Below are positions 13,100 through 25,718 of a stretch of DNA of 64,000 bases, piece after piece. Numbering within the stretch: the first letter of the stretch is position 1; every line of letters begins with the position of its first letter. The notes under the pieces were generated by a model that worked only from the letters and a program-made list of their open reading frames with translations, did no database searches and was not told the DNA's origin. A program made the position numbers and the translations under genes. The stretch is from Macrostomum hystrix (Eukaryota > Animalia > Platyhelminthes): contig CATNEN010000001.1 in the NCBI GenBank assembly GCA_950097015.1, positions 23,126,001 through 23,190,000 on the forward strand, given 5' to 3'.

Positions 13100-13500
13100 G
13101 GCGCGTATCGCATAACAAGGTGCAACTGACGGGAGCCATTAACGGCCTGTCTGCCTCTTGTACCAATGACCCCAGAACATGAATCGGTTGAGGGCCAATT
13201 ATACGATTGAGGGCCAAACTCTAAGGCATTGTGAGAGTGTACACTGCTTGACGGTGTGCCTGCGTACATATCTGAGTCAAGGACCAGTAGGAGTAGACCA
13301 ATAGGAGGACCAAGATCTACCCCTAGTGGTCCTTGATCTGTGTGTGTGCGTGTGTGCTCAGGTGTCAGCGGAACGAGCAGAAAATTGCACCTCACTGGCT
13401 GTGGGTGCTCTTAACAAATGATGCTCTAGTCGGCCATAGCCCTCCAGGAAACATTATTACATATCTCCATTCATGATAAAACAATTGAAAGCGGTTTGTT
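13100..13500 (-). repeat. Dispersed repeat family, copy 3 (intronic)
   Basis: Its reverse complement matches 3670-3900 (ctgacacctgagcacacacgc...gtgtacactctcacaatgccttagagtttggccctcaa). Confidence 0.7.
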
Positions 13501-13949
13501 CCAGGGGAAAGATTGGATACGTGTTCTCAGAACTTACAATTTCGGGTTACTCTTGATTTCGTTTTATTAAGCCTGTCACGAAAATAACTGTGCACTGCCC
13601 GACTAAAAGTAAAAGCAATTATAACAAACTCGTTTGTAGTAATGAAAATTTTAGCTGACGTAAAAGGCCTACATATTTTTCATTAAACATAGCGACCCAT
13701 AAACTTTCGCTGAAGGACAGAGCGTCCTTAAGACTCTGAGTCCATACCTGCATATCCGGATAAGTATGTCTGTGAGCACTAATGCGTCAGGTGCCTGGCA
13801 GAACAGTCTATTCACTTATTGTGAGCAATGACTACTAAATTACGAGACAAAACTAGGCAATAACATTCAGACGTGGAAGGTTCCCTGGCCAACTAAGTGT
13901 AAACTTTCTAGATTTACAATATCATTTATAATTCGCTTACAATTGCTAG

Positions 13950-14575
13950 GTCTCTTGTTCGGCCTTACCATGCTGATGGTGTCCCTGGCGCTGCTAATGG
14001 GTGTCATTGTGACCAACGTGCACATCAGGAAGTTCACGCGGGTTAACAGTCGGGTACCAGACTGCCTTCGACCCTGGCTAGCCCGGTTTCACTGCCCCCT
14101 CTGTCGGGAGAGAAGAAGTCGACTGCGACACGCGGTTTCTTCTGGCGGTGGCAACGCTCGCTTCATCCGCTCGGTGCTACTGCAGCAGGAGGGTCGGAAC
14201 GGTTCCTCCGTGCGAGGAGAAGGCGCGACCTGCGAAGAGGCTCTCCAAAGGCAGCCACAGCAGCAGCAGCCGACTCAACATCGTCAGTCCGTGACATCGT
14301 CACCAATCGCTCGTCGACGCTCCGTTGCCTACGTGGCGAACGCTCGACGCGCCTCAACTGTGGCCATTCCGGAAGCGCATCCGGTCCTCGACTCGACCTC
14401 TGGCGGGTCGGTTGGTGCTGCGGACTCTGCGCCTTGCCTCTGCCGCAGCCCCGAGGGCTGGGTGGCTCTGGCCAGGACTGTGGACCGAGTCTTCTTTTGG
14501 CTCTACCTCTGCCTCACGGTTGGCGTTATGAGCTTCGTGTACAGCGGCGTTCCAAGCAGCAGGATAATCGCGTGA
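13950..14575 (+). CDS. nAChR alpha-type exon 5 (M3, intracellular loop, M4, stop)
   Basis: gctag|GLLFGLTMLMVSLALLMGVIVTNVH...WVALARTVDRVFFWLYL. The five exons total 1668 nt, i.e. 555 aa plus stop, in frame. Confidence 0.93.
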
Positions 14576-15050
14576 CTGGCGGGACTAAATTTCGGACCTG
14601 TCAATCGGCAGTTTTCACTAAATTTAATCAGAAATAACATTGAGATTATGTTAAAATATTAGGTAATGACTGATCTAAGACGTCTCGCCCAGCATCAGAG
14701 ATTGCTTATCTTGAATGCTCATATTTGAGTATATAAGCAGTGTAAATTTTATGTGGAAATATCCCCAAAGCGCAAAATACCCCAAGGTAAAGAGCGTGTT
14801 CATTACGCTCGTATTTGTTCAGCCATTTAATCGTGCCTCATTCCAAAGCATTAATAGTCTTATTTTCAGCTTTTCATAATGCGAGCGTTGATCATGCGCG
14901 GATCATTCAGTTAGCTGTTGCTTGTCAAAAAAAACTATTGAAGTAAACAAAAGTGCAGCTGGGTGCCATTTCCAGAAGTCGCCTCGTTAATAACTGAATA
15001 TTGTTAAAATCGCAAACTCCAACTGAGTTAGCTTATTTCTTGTGAGAGGC

Positions 15051-15130
15051 CAATATTAGGTTTATATTAGGTTAATATTAGGTTAATATTAGGTTAATAT
15101 CAGGTTAATATTAGGTTAATATTAGGTTAA
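15051..15130. repeat. 11-bp tandem repeat (aatattaggtt)n
   Basis: About 7 direct copies are visible. Confidence 0.9.
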
Positions 15131-16899
15131 AGCACAAAAAAGCAATAAAGTACACAAAACTTATGAGCTAAAATGCAAAAGTAATTTGCATTGATAAAAC
15201 GGACTAAGCTAATGATATTGTCAGTAGTATGGTTTGTGAATTGTGCTGGGCTGCGAATTCGGAATTAGGTCGCTGTAAGTACAAGCGTTCACATCGTTTT
15301 AGGCCCAAGCTGTTTCAACCAGAGCAACCTAAGTTTAAACACCTAGTTGAGAAGACTTGCAATAATAATTTTCTTAATTTATTAATTTACTGGCCAAAAC
15401 AAATTGAATGGGCCGAAGAAGCGCACTAAATCTTCATGTACTTTTGCAGAGCCTCCAAAATATCCAAAATGGCATTTTTTAGTGAACTTTTTGGTTGCTT
15501 GCACTAGCTAAATGCGGCACAGTTGTGCCAACTATTGTTTATTAATTAAGATGAAGTTGTCTACATGTGCCACCCAGTTCCTTCCACATAACTCCTCTGG
15601 TTCAGAAAATATTAAGGATAATAGTATCAAAACCATATGGACATTTTTTTTAAAAAGTCTTTTTGTTTTCGTTTTTCTCTACAAGTATTGTTTTCGTATC
15701 GGATATCAGGATATTCATATTAAGTAGTTCGTTTTTTAATTTGCACTGACTTCTACGACAACCTGGCATGCCGTTGTTTATCTGCGTGGTGTCTGCAGCA
15801 TTCAACAAAATTTTAAACTATGGGGGACTCCGGACGCATGTAATGAAATTGTAGCTCGGATTTTAAATATTTTACTTTATTCTTAGTTTTATATTGTATT
15901 TATATTATTTTCCACACCTGTCCCTCATTTTGTAATCGTAGTAGTGTGTTCGTACGTTGTCTACTTATTTTGTTATTATTCAGTTTATAAGAAATATATT
16001 CAAAATGGAAAGAGCGTCGCGTTGCAGACGGTTGGACGGTCAACTGTGGGCTGGGTTACTGCGTCATGAGTCAACACGTAGCTATAAGCATCGTTCATTG
16101 ACGTTAATACTAATAGTTAAATACCCAACTAGCTATAAATTGTCGCAGACGCAGTTGCAGTCAATGGTTCGAGCGCTCGCTCACGTTAATAGCATATTGC
16201 ACTACTTAACTAAGTTAACTTATTATTGCTCACCTCGTCTTCAAATCCGATTGTCGTAGCTACTTGTTATCGACTTTATTATTTTCAGAGAAAATAATTG
16301 GCGACCACACCCAGTTTCTACATCCTGCTACACATACGAGCCCAACGTCTAAAACAAATTCAAATAAGACCCGACCCAAACAATTTTCTTTACATTGGCG
16401 ACCACGCCAGGACCAGAATTCACACATTTGACTCTGCTGGAACTTCTGAGACATTATAATATTATTGATAGATATATACTATTTATTTAATGGCCAAAAA
16501 TTGTTGCATTTATATATCTTCCCCATTTTTAATTTGATTTTTATATAATACCAATGGCAATGCCAATGGCCAATATCACTTGCTAATTTGATCTATTTTG
16601 TAACATGCTCTGTGTGACTGACAGTTAGAATTATCGGATTGCTTTATTTATTAGGTTAGGAAATAGCTTTGTAGGTCTATTTATATATTATTAAGTAACT
16701 ATATCGATTATTTGCTATCTAACATTTGTCATACCACCATAGACAATTAAAAAAATAAACTTTCATATTGTTGTAGGGCCCTTTCTTTATTCTTCTTTGT
16801 AAATTAATTATATTTATCCACTGCAAAATGCTTAGTTAATAGTCAACTTTCGTTATATTTAAAATTGCCCAAATATAGGGAAGTATGAACTAGGAAAAT

Positions 16900-18850
16900 G
16901 TCAATAGGGTTGCAATGTGATCGGAAGTCTGGCAGCCTTTTCTGTTTCCTATTTGACTAGCCGATAGTAAGTTCAGGGCTTTGATGCGTGCTTCTAATTT
17001 CTCGTAAATAATTGATGTAAATTACAGTCTTGCGATGGCTGGCAGGACGCTTATTGGTCTGTAGTTTTTTGGATCATTGCAAGACCCATTCTTGTAGATT
17101 GGGCTTACCAATGCTAGTGACCATTGTTTAGGAGTATATCCAAGCCTAAGGATTGAGTTGAATAGCTTCTGCAGAGCGGGCTTGATAACTGTGAGGCCAT
17201 AAATGATGTGCTCGTTTGTTATTCTGTCAACTCCCGCTGCCTTTTTCTTCTTTAGTTTTTTCACTGCCTTATCAATTTCATGGGTGCTAACTGTTGTGTC
17301 TAAAGATTTTTGGGTTTGGTGGATGCCCTCGGAGGCATCTGACTGAGGGTTCCATGTTGAAAATGCTGTTTAGGTGCTTCTGAATTTCTGCTATTGGGGG
17401 TTGTGCCCTGGAAACTCACTTGTTGGGAAACAGCAATTCCTTGGCTCTTTTTAAACCTGACCAAAATCCCCTGGATGTGTTTGAGCATGCCATTTTCTGG
17501 ATAAAATAATTTATGTCAGCTTTTTTCAGCTTTTTTAGATGGTTCCTATACTTCTTTGCAAGCTCATAGTATTCTGTGACTAGTGATCTGTCCGCTGGCT
17601 TTTGACTTTTCTTTGCTACGTACTTTAATGATTTAGCCAAATCCCTAAGATTTTCGTCTCTGTTTATCCAGAATTTGTTGGGAATAATGTTTTTACCCCC
17701 ACTCTTGGGAACGGACTCCTCCAGCAGACAGTTTAACTTAGATGTGAGATCGTCAATAGATGAGGTCTCCTTTACTTCCTGTGTAACAATCTGCTTTATG
17801 TATTCCAGACTCTGTTGACTTTCAAGGGCTTCGATGAAGTGCTGCTGTGCAACGGGATTCCAGGTGGGTGGCCTTGGATAGTTTATGGTCTTGTTCCTGC
17901 ATACCACTTCCTGAGGGTTCATGTCTTGTATGCGCACTTTGACTGTCAATGGAGAGTGCTTTGAGAGGAAGTTTTGAGGGTGGACAAAGAAATCTTCCAC
18001 CATGTCAAGATTATCTATGGATGCAATGGCATAATCAATAGTGCTGCGTCCCAGCATACAACTGTAAGTGTAGTTTCCCAAAATATTCCCTTCAGCTACT
18101 CCACTTAGCCCATTGAGGATTGCTGATTTCGTTTCACAACACACTTCTAAGAGTTGGAGGCCATGTTTGTTTTTTCCCATGTCCTGATTAACTCTACGGA
18201 AGTGAGGACCACAATTTGCTTGCATTGACCCCGTCCTTGCATTAAAATCACCAATTGTGAGAACGATTCTTATTGTGGAATACGTCTGAATGAGACCTTT
18301 TATATCCTCCCAGACACCCTCATCGTCTGGGAGGTCTCCCAAGGTCTTCCAAGTTATACTTGGAAGTCTTGGGCGGAACGTAGCAGCCTATAATAAATAT
18401 TGGATCTGAGCTCTGCGATCGATTAAGTTTGAGTACAAGTGAGAAATTGCTTTGGCGCACCAACGAAGTCATTGTTGCTAGTGATTTGCGAACAAGAAAG
18501 GCCATTCCATTTGATAGTCTACCTTTGTTCACTCCCCGTTTTTTTATTCCATCTGCCCCAAAGCTGATAAAGTTTGTGGTAAGCTTCGACTCGAAAATGT
18601 CTTTTTTACTGTGTGTCTCGCATAGAAATACTATATCTCTGTTTCTCACTTGCTCCTGGAAGCTTGGTGACTCCAATTTGCACTTGCCATTAAATGTCAG
18701 TCCGTCTATGTTCCAGCTTGTAATGAGCAGCTGCTGGCTACTTGCTTCATTCTTATTAGTGAACTGATTGCGACTGCCCTGAGCTGGCTGGGCTATATGG
18801 GAGTTAAAATTTGCGGTTGAATGAGATAGCATTTCGCACTTAATATTAGA
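16900..18850 (-). mobile_element. Decayed APE-type LINE (endonuclease and RT N-terminus), frameshifted
   Basis: APE motifs ITSWNIDGL, IVFLCETH, GDFNARTG, STIDYA and SKHSPL, and RT-N motifs KAAGVDRI and PIYKNGSCNDPKNYRPIS, spread across several frames. Confidence 0.9.
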
Positions 18851-19016
18851 TAACCAGTTATCACAAAAAGGAATAGATAGAAGTTAGCAGTGAGAAAATA
18901 CTCAGAGTTCAGAAGTTCATAACAAGAAGAAGAAGTTCAGAAGTTTCTCCGATAAATGTTAACCATGAGCCTTCTCGACTCCGCTCCTCCTTTGCTGCAA
19001 ACCGTTTAGTTGCCGC

Positions 19017-19480
19017 TTGTTGATTTACCAAGGCCTGGTAAAGCAATGCCTAACCTTGGCACCAGTCTTAGCTCTACCTGAAACTGCAAGTGGTAGCAGC
19101 CAGTTTATATTAGATACAGATGCTAGTGGCTTTTGCATAGGCTGTGTCCTGTCTCAGGTGCAAAGAGGACAAGAGAAATTAATTGCTTATAGCAGCCGCG
19201 CTTTAAATGCAGCAGAGAGAAACTACTGTGTCACTAGAAGAGAGCTGCTAGCAGTTGTAGAATCTTGCAAAAAGTTTAGGTCATATCTCGCAGGTCAAAA
19301 AATCCAAGTTAGAGTTGACCACGCTGCCTTAACTCACCTGCTAGGCTTTCAAGAGCCAACCGTTCAGCTAGCAAGGTGGCTGGAAGCGTTGCAAGAGTTC
19401 AATCTTGAAGTGGTCCATCGTCCAGGCAGAATGCATGCCAATGCGGATGCACTTTCGTGTTGTCCAAGATTTTGTGAAGC
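19017..19480 (+). mobile_element. Ty3/Gypsy RNase H remnant
   Basis: APVLALP...FILDTDAS...IAYSSRALNAAERNYCVTRRELLAVV...HRPGRMHANADALS. Confidence 0.92.
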
Positions 19481-19499
19481 GTGTCGTCCAGAGACGCCA

Positions 19500-20780
19500 G
19501 GCAGGGCAGTTCAGTCTTGCCACTTCGTGGTCTCAGATTTTTGCCATGGGCTCCTTCAGCCTGTACATTTCTCTCTTCCTCTGCGTGCCCTCTCTCTGAG
19601 TCATTCATGTTCATTTCTTCGGTCTTGTCCATTTCGCTGTCTGTTTCTTCTTGTTCTGACTCATTCGATTCTTCCTGCCTTTCGCTTTCATTGTCAGGGA
19701 ATGCTTCTTGCTCTGCATAGATTTCGTCTTCGGATTCTTCATTTGGCATGTTAGCTCTCCATCTAGTTCTGTCTTCTTCTTCAGATTCGACTTCTTCATT
19801 AATGACAATTAAATTCTGTTTATTTTTATTTAAGGTGGCCTGACCTCCCTTAACTTTTGACCGTGTGGTGTGGCTAGCTTTGTGACCTCCCTTTCTTGTT
19901 TGTTCTGCGGATTGTAATGTGATCTGTGTGTTTGGCACTGGTGTGATGTTATTTCTATGCATGATTAATTTCTCTCCTACTCTTTCTCCTTCTATTTCTC
20001 TCTGAACACTGGATTCAGCAGTCAGATAGTCTGTGTCGGATAGCTGAGCAAGTACTCGGTACGCGGCTCGCTTTTTCCTGTGAAACTTATGGCTCTCATC
20101 CTGGTGTAACTGAGGATTATTTAGCAATACTATCCCTCCAATAATAATTTCTTTTGGCTTCTTGGCAACTTCGGCCTTTTCTTTTCTTTGTTCATTGATC
20201 TTCTTTAGTTTTGTTTGACAATCTTATTAGCTTTCTACAGTCTTTCAGCATGGTCTTTTACATAGCTAGGAAAATTAGCGAATTCGGGTGGCCTTTTGAC
20301 TATGTTGTCTATGGGCAAAGTTGCTTCATGAGTCGAGATATCCGGTGGATTGATTAATACTCGTTCGCACTGCTACAAGCGCCGCTGAAATCATGAGATC
20401 CCAATCAGAGTGGTCTTTATTAATTAGACATGTAACTATTGATTTGATTTGTCCGTTAAATCGTTCAACTAAACTGTTACTTTGAGCATGGTAGGGTGTA
20501 GTGCACGTGTGCTTGATCCCATACAGCTCACAGAATGATTGAAATTGTCGGCTAGTGAATGACTTTCCATTATCGGTATGAATCCATTTGCATTGTCCGT
20601 ATTCTGCGAATACTCTTTCTTGTAATATCTTGATTACAGTGTCCGATTTCTGCTTCCTGGTCGGAAAAGCGAATATGAATCTGGTAGTACTATCGACTAT
20701 TGTTAGTACATACTTATGTCCTCTTCGGCTCTCCTTGGACACAGGTCCAATGAAATCTATAATATGGAGGCGTTCAAACG
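19500..20780 (-). mobile_element. Ty3/Gypsy integrase remnant with acidic C-terminal tail
   Basis: DDE core IDFIGP...IHTDNG...YHAQSNSLVERFN. The C-terminal part aligns by eye with the integrase at 51001-52600 (LNNP...KFHR...HR.N..PVP...LRPR). Confidence 0.9.
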
Positions 20781-20782
20781 GC

Positions 20783-22990
20783 TCACAAATACGAGAAAAA
20801 TGCAGACCATTCATCCAAGGGCCCATGAACTTTGACAAAATACGCTATATGCTTCAGAAGATGCATATTATAGGACTGAAGCTTGTTTTCATACAGCACT
20901 TCGGCACGCTGACAAAAAAGGTCCAAGCAGCTGGCTGCGTGGTCAAAGTAAGTAGTGCAATAGTCACGGGAAGAGTAACAGTAAACAGAAAAGTGCAGTT
21001 CCATCAGATGGTCGAAAAACGCATTTGAAAGGCATGTACGAAATATTATTGAAGAGAGATATACAATTAAGGTACAAAATTCAGAGGCCTTGTAGTTTTC
21101 AAATTCGTCCAGTGAGCGAAGCTTATGATGAAATTCGTGTGGAAGGAACTTCGCTACAGCTTTAATAATTGATGAGACTTGCATTCGTTGGGCAGGAGGA
21201 ATATGGCACGGCAAACGTACGCCCTTAACATACGAAAATAAGTATGTACACATGCGCTTGACAACACCAAAACAAACAGTGCATGTAATCAGGCGGAATG
21301 TCGCATTCAAAGTTGACAAGCCCCAGGAGAGGAGAACGAGAAACCTGATTGTTTTCTCTACATGCCTTATAAGCAATGTCAGTCCATCGCTCACATCTCT
21401 GAAACGGGAAACACATCCTTCCAGACAAAAAGCTCCCTTCTATTTTACAGTACGCACAAGCAAGCTTGGCAGAATGAGAAAGAATGCACTGCAAAAAGGA
21501 TCTTGCAGGAGCATCAGCAACAATCACACAGCGTATCACTTTAAAAAACTTATCGCCTATGGCAACAAAACCGCTTGACAGGTGGCTCAGCTCCAGGACA
21601 AAGGAGGATAGAAACGCATCAAGAGGCGGCTTTCCTATGCCACAAAATTCTGCGATAGGGAGATGAATTTAGGTATCGGCAGCCGGTAATAGTGAGCAAA
21701 ATGGGCCAAAGTCCAAGCTTAGATGCGTTAAAAAGTGGAGCACCATCAACATTGACAGTTATTTGTAAATTATTATACAAATCCTTCAGGGCCAACATAC
21801 CCTGCTGCACACAAAATCGGATGTTCTCAAAGATACCAGAGTAAGCAAATTGGCCGTTGCTTACAGTCGTAGTATTGAAGACAGCCCTGTGCCTGCAATG
21901 CTTCCTCAGTGTCTGGACGGAACGGGGCACCGCATATCCGCGCTTTGCCCACATTGCCAGACAGAACTCCATGGCCCTCTTGTTGATAGAAAAAAGGGTC
22001 TTGAAAAAAATTAACTCGAAAATCAGTTCGGTAGTGTGACAATTTAAAACAAAGGACGAAGTCGAAGTCAGAGCGTCGGCAAGTGTAGTTTTCAGCAATT
22101 CTGAGTTAATTTCAATATTTAATGTCGGTGGTGTAGCGGTAGCACGTTTATTCTGGATGCACTGGGACGTCGACAAGCAGGGTGTTATGTAAGGCGTTGG
22201 AGCTCGTTAATGGTGAGTGTTAGACAATGGCAGAACCGAATGGAGTAGAGTGTGGCGAGAGAATGGCACAGTATGAAAACGTAGAAGGGCGAGAGTGAGA
22301 ATGCTAGTGAGGAGGAAAGGAACAGAACCAGAACAGAATGCACAGAATGGGAGGCGCAAGCGGGCCTGAAGCCCTTGATTAAGTAAACCAGGCAGACTGA
22401 AAAACATAGCGATTGATACTTCCGGCCAGCCAGAGCTCGCACGCTCATTGGCCGGGGGGAAATACATTAAGATACGCGTAGGAAATTGCTAGCATGGCGC
22501 GATATGCGTTTATGGTTACTAACAGTAGCGCCCTAATAATTTGACTTAATAATATAAATTAACAGAATTCGATGATATTATACGATGAGTTAAAACGGCC
22601 CAAGCTAGTACATAATTAGGAAATTAAGCATGTAATCAACGCATAGAGTAATATTGCATGGGCGCCTTCAACAAGTGACAACGTCACAGTAGTATCACCT
22701 GATGGGTCGCTTGGGGACACTTCTTCCTCACTTCCAGAGTAATCTTTCACTTTCAGGAGGAGACTCGCCTTGGTAATTTCCTGGCTCCCAATCACGTTCC
22801 TCCCAATCTTCATCAGCATCCTCTAATTCAATCCCAGAGACAGAAGCAGAATCTTCTTCAGCTGGCGCCACGTGCTCAATGGAATCCCGCCCTGTGGCCT
22901 CTTGCAGGCCTTCAGAATCACGAAGTAGCTGCATCATGGTGCGGCAAGCCATCCGGTTTGTCTTCTGTGCAGACGCCATCTTCACAAAGT
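20783..22990 (-). mobile_element. EnSpm/CACTA-type (CMC) transposase pseudogene, remnant 1
   Basis: Motifs NVDGAPLF..SKLGLWPIL, ADAPARSF...CAYC, PPDYMHC, LPHEF...RSL..F..YKASEF and YNMHLLKH..GPLDEWSAF, split over frames. Confidence 0.85.
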
Positions 22991-23399
22991 CAGTAGCTGT
23001 AATAAATCAGACAAAACAATTCGATATTAATCACTTTTACAAGACATTTAAATGAGATAAACTGTGAAGCACAATAGCAATGATCAATGAATTAATACCA
23101 TGAAAATGTAGTATAGCACCAACCCATAAACGACTTTACATATAACGCTAAGGGCCTTGGCAAATGAAGAAGGTTGATAATAAAAATAACTACTTTGTGT
23201 ACTGTATGGTCAACAAAGAATGAACACAAGTCAAAAGCTTCCACAATGATGCGCTGGAAGACACTCGTTCTACTAAAGATGAGATTTGGGAAATGCGACA
23301 AACACAAAAAGTTGTTAAATGTCAGTTGACATGGATATCATGTAGAGCTAGGACATAAACTTCCTAAGTTCATTAAGGCGATTCTGAAAAGACAGGAGC

Positions 23400-25070
23400 G
23401 CGGAATCAACGCTCAGCAACAACACTGTCATCGCTGTCACTAGAGGCTCCAGTAGCAGTAGTGGCATGGCTGTCAGCTATGCAAGGAGCAAGGGCAGACT
23501 CCATTGACTTCCGCTTGCGTGACTGCCTCTGCTTTGAGTCCTTCAGGTACCGCATAATGCGCTTCTGGATTGCGTCCTGCGTAAGATCCGGCAAATGACT
23601 CGCAGCTTCTAAAATATGGCAAACGCAGAAACTTAAATGAGTCATAAGACAGACATAGGGATGGCAGTTGCAAACATCACATTAATATATGTGCAAATGC
23701 AGTTGCAGAATTGTAATGTGCCTCCTAAGTTTGGCAAACTAGTGCAATTTCTTACAAATATTATATTACCAAAACCAAGAACTGACAGAAAGAACTACAA
23801 GACACTGACTCACTGTTTATGGTTGGAAAAATGACAGGAAGGAATGACAGCTTCTGCCCTCAGTTGGTCGGCCCACAGATGAGTAATCCTTGCCTGTATG
23901 ATTGAAATAGACATGTAGCTGTGTGCTTAGCAATGCATCAACCATCCGTGTGATGATCAAATCAGCTGTGCGTCCACCAAGCTGCCTCAGATAGTTGATC
24001 TGTCAATATGAAGAAAACATTTTTTCATACAAAACATCGTTTGAATATTTTTGTCATGCACCTTGGAACAAGAGACTACAAACATCCCTTCAATGTCAAA
24101 ATAGTAAAGTTTTTATTTCTGATAGCGCATAACCATATTCTAAATTTATGTTAACAAACAATTACACAATCTAATGAACCAAGTTGCTTACCACATCTTT
24201 TTCATACTTAGGATCCCTGATCTTTTGACAAAATGTAGCATACTCATCATGGCTCCTAAGAGGGAGACCCAGCTTGGTTGGAGACATCATGCTGCTAGTA
24301 CTTAAAAAACCAGCAGATCTTTGACTCTGTTGCAGTTGAGTGACTTGAGTCATCAGTTTAATCAATTCATTCAGAATTAACAACAGCAAATGCGCCATGC
24401 CCTCTGGTGATGTTGGAGCAAGGCCACGAGCTCTAAGAATATCAATGTTTGGCTGGAAACAATGACCAAATGATCCATTTCTTTCACGCAATGGAGTGGA
24501 AATGTTAGTGTCCAATACTGGTGATGGATTCAATTGTTCCTGTTGTCTGCAAGGTGGTGTTTGGAAATATCTATTGGATGGACCATGTGATCCAGTTGCA
24601 ATAGAAGCTGCCACATGAGTTATTGGTGGTAAAGTAATTCGCACTCCCAAGTCTTGTTCAGATATATGGCTTGTAGATCCTTTCTCTTTGGTTGTAGCAG
24701 GCAGACTTCTGGCAGACTCAATGTCACTTGATTCAATGTCAGTGGCAATCTGGTTCAAAGGTGGCACACGATCTCTATCACGACCAGTTTTATACCGCTT
24801 GAAGTAGGTCAATATCTTTTTCGAACCTGAGTTCACGAGCCTTCTTCAATGTTTCAATCAAATTTTCTTCTGCATCAGACACTTGGATGATGATTGCCTC
24901 AAAAGTGCCATCCTCCAAGGTAGCAGTAACAGTAGTAGCTTCACTTGATGCCAGCCATTCTTTCTTTCCCCATGAGGCAATATGGCTTGGAAATGTAATA
25001 AACTCCTTAGATACAATTTGGAAGCTCTCATCACAAGGAAAAAATAGTAAAATGCTGAACACTGTGAGTC
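23400..25070 (-). pseudogene. Spliced DUF4806-like accessory gene of CACTA remnant 1
   Basis: Exon-like pieces LGLPLRSHDEYATF, YLRQLGGRTADLIITRMVDALLS and IQKRIMRYLKDSKQR match the DUF4806-type pattern. It lies upstream of the transposase on the same strand. Confidence 0.6.
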
Positions 25071-25718
25071 AACCATCTGAAAAAATATTTATTAGAAATA
25101 ATCTACAAGAAATGACATTGATCTAAAAGTCATTGTAAGAAGGGCTAAATTGCTAGATTATGTTTAGCATTGTATTTCCAATATCAATTCTTTCCTATAT
25201 ATTAATTTTAACTATAACTATAAACAAATAAAAATAGGCCTAAGTAACAAAAATATAACTGTATCAATGAAACGTACATTGCATTTTATATAGTTGTCTT
25301 TATATCATATAGCTAAATTTCATTGGATATATTATTGATAATCTTATTATACTATTATTAATACTAGTAAATATTAATATTTAATAAATTAAAATTTTAC
25401 ATGTAACTTGTAGTAAATGAGTATGAAATGTATATTTTGACTAAGAATAATATTTTCTATTTGATATATTAAATTAAATATTGCAAATATACATAATATG
25501 TAGCTAATATATAGGTAAATAAAAAATTTAATATAGCCTTTAGTTCTAACTTTTCAGCTATAGAATAGGCCTATAATACTAGAAAAGGATGGATATAATT
25601 AGACTTAAACATAGAAATTTAGATCTCATAATAATTTAATAAATGGAAATTAGGATTGCCCAATCTATCTTCAAATGTATCTTAAATTAAATAAATAATG
25701 AATGATTTATATTTCTTA

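Noticed and set aside
22183-22524. Solo LTR (TGTTATGTAA...TTACTAACA)
   Set aside because: The terminal inverted ends are suggestive, but there is no TSD and no second copy in the window.
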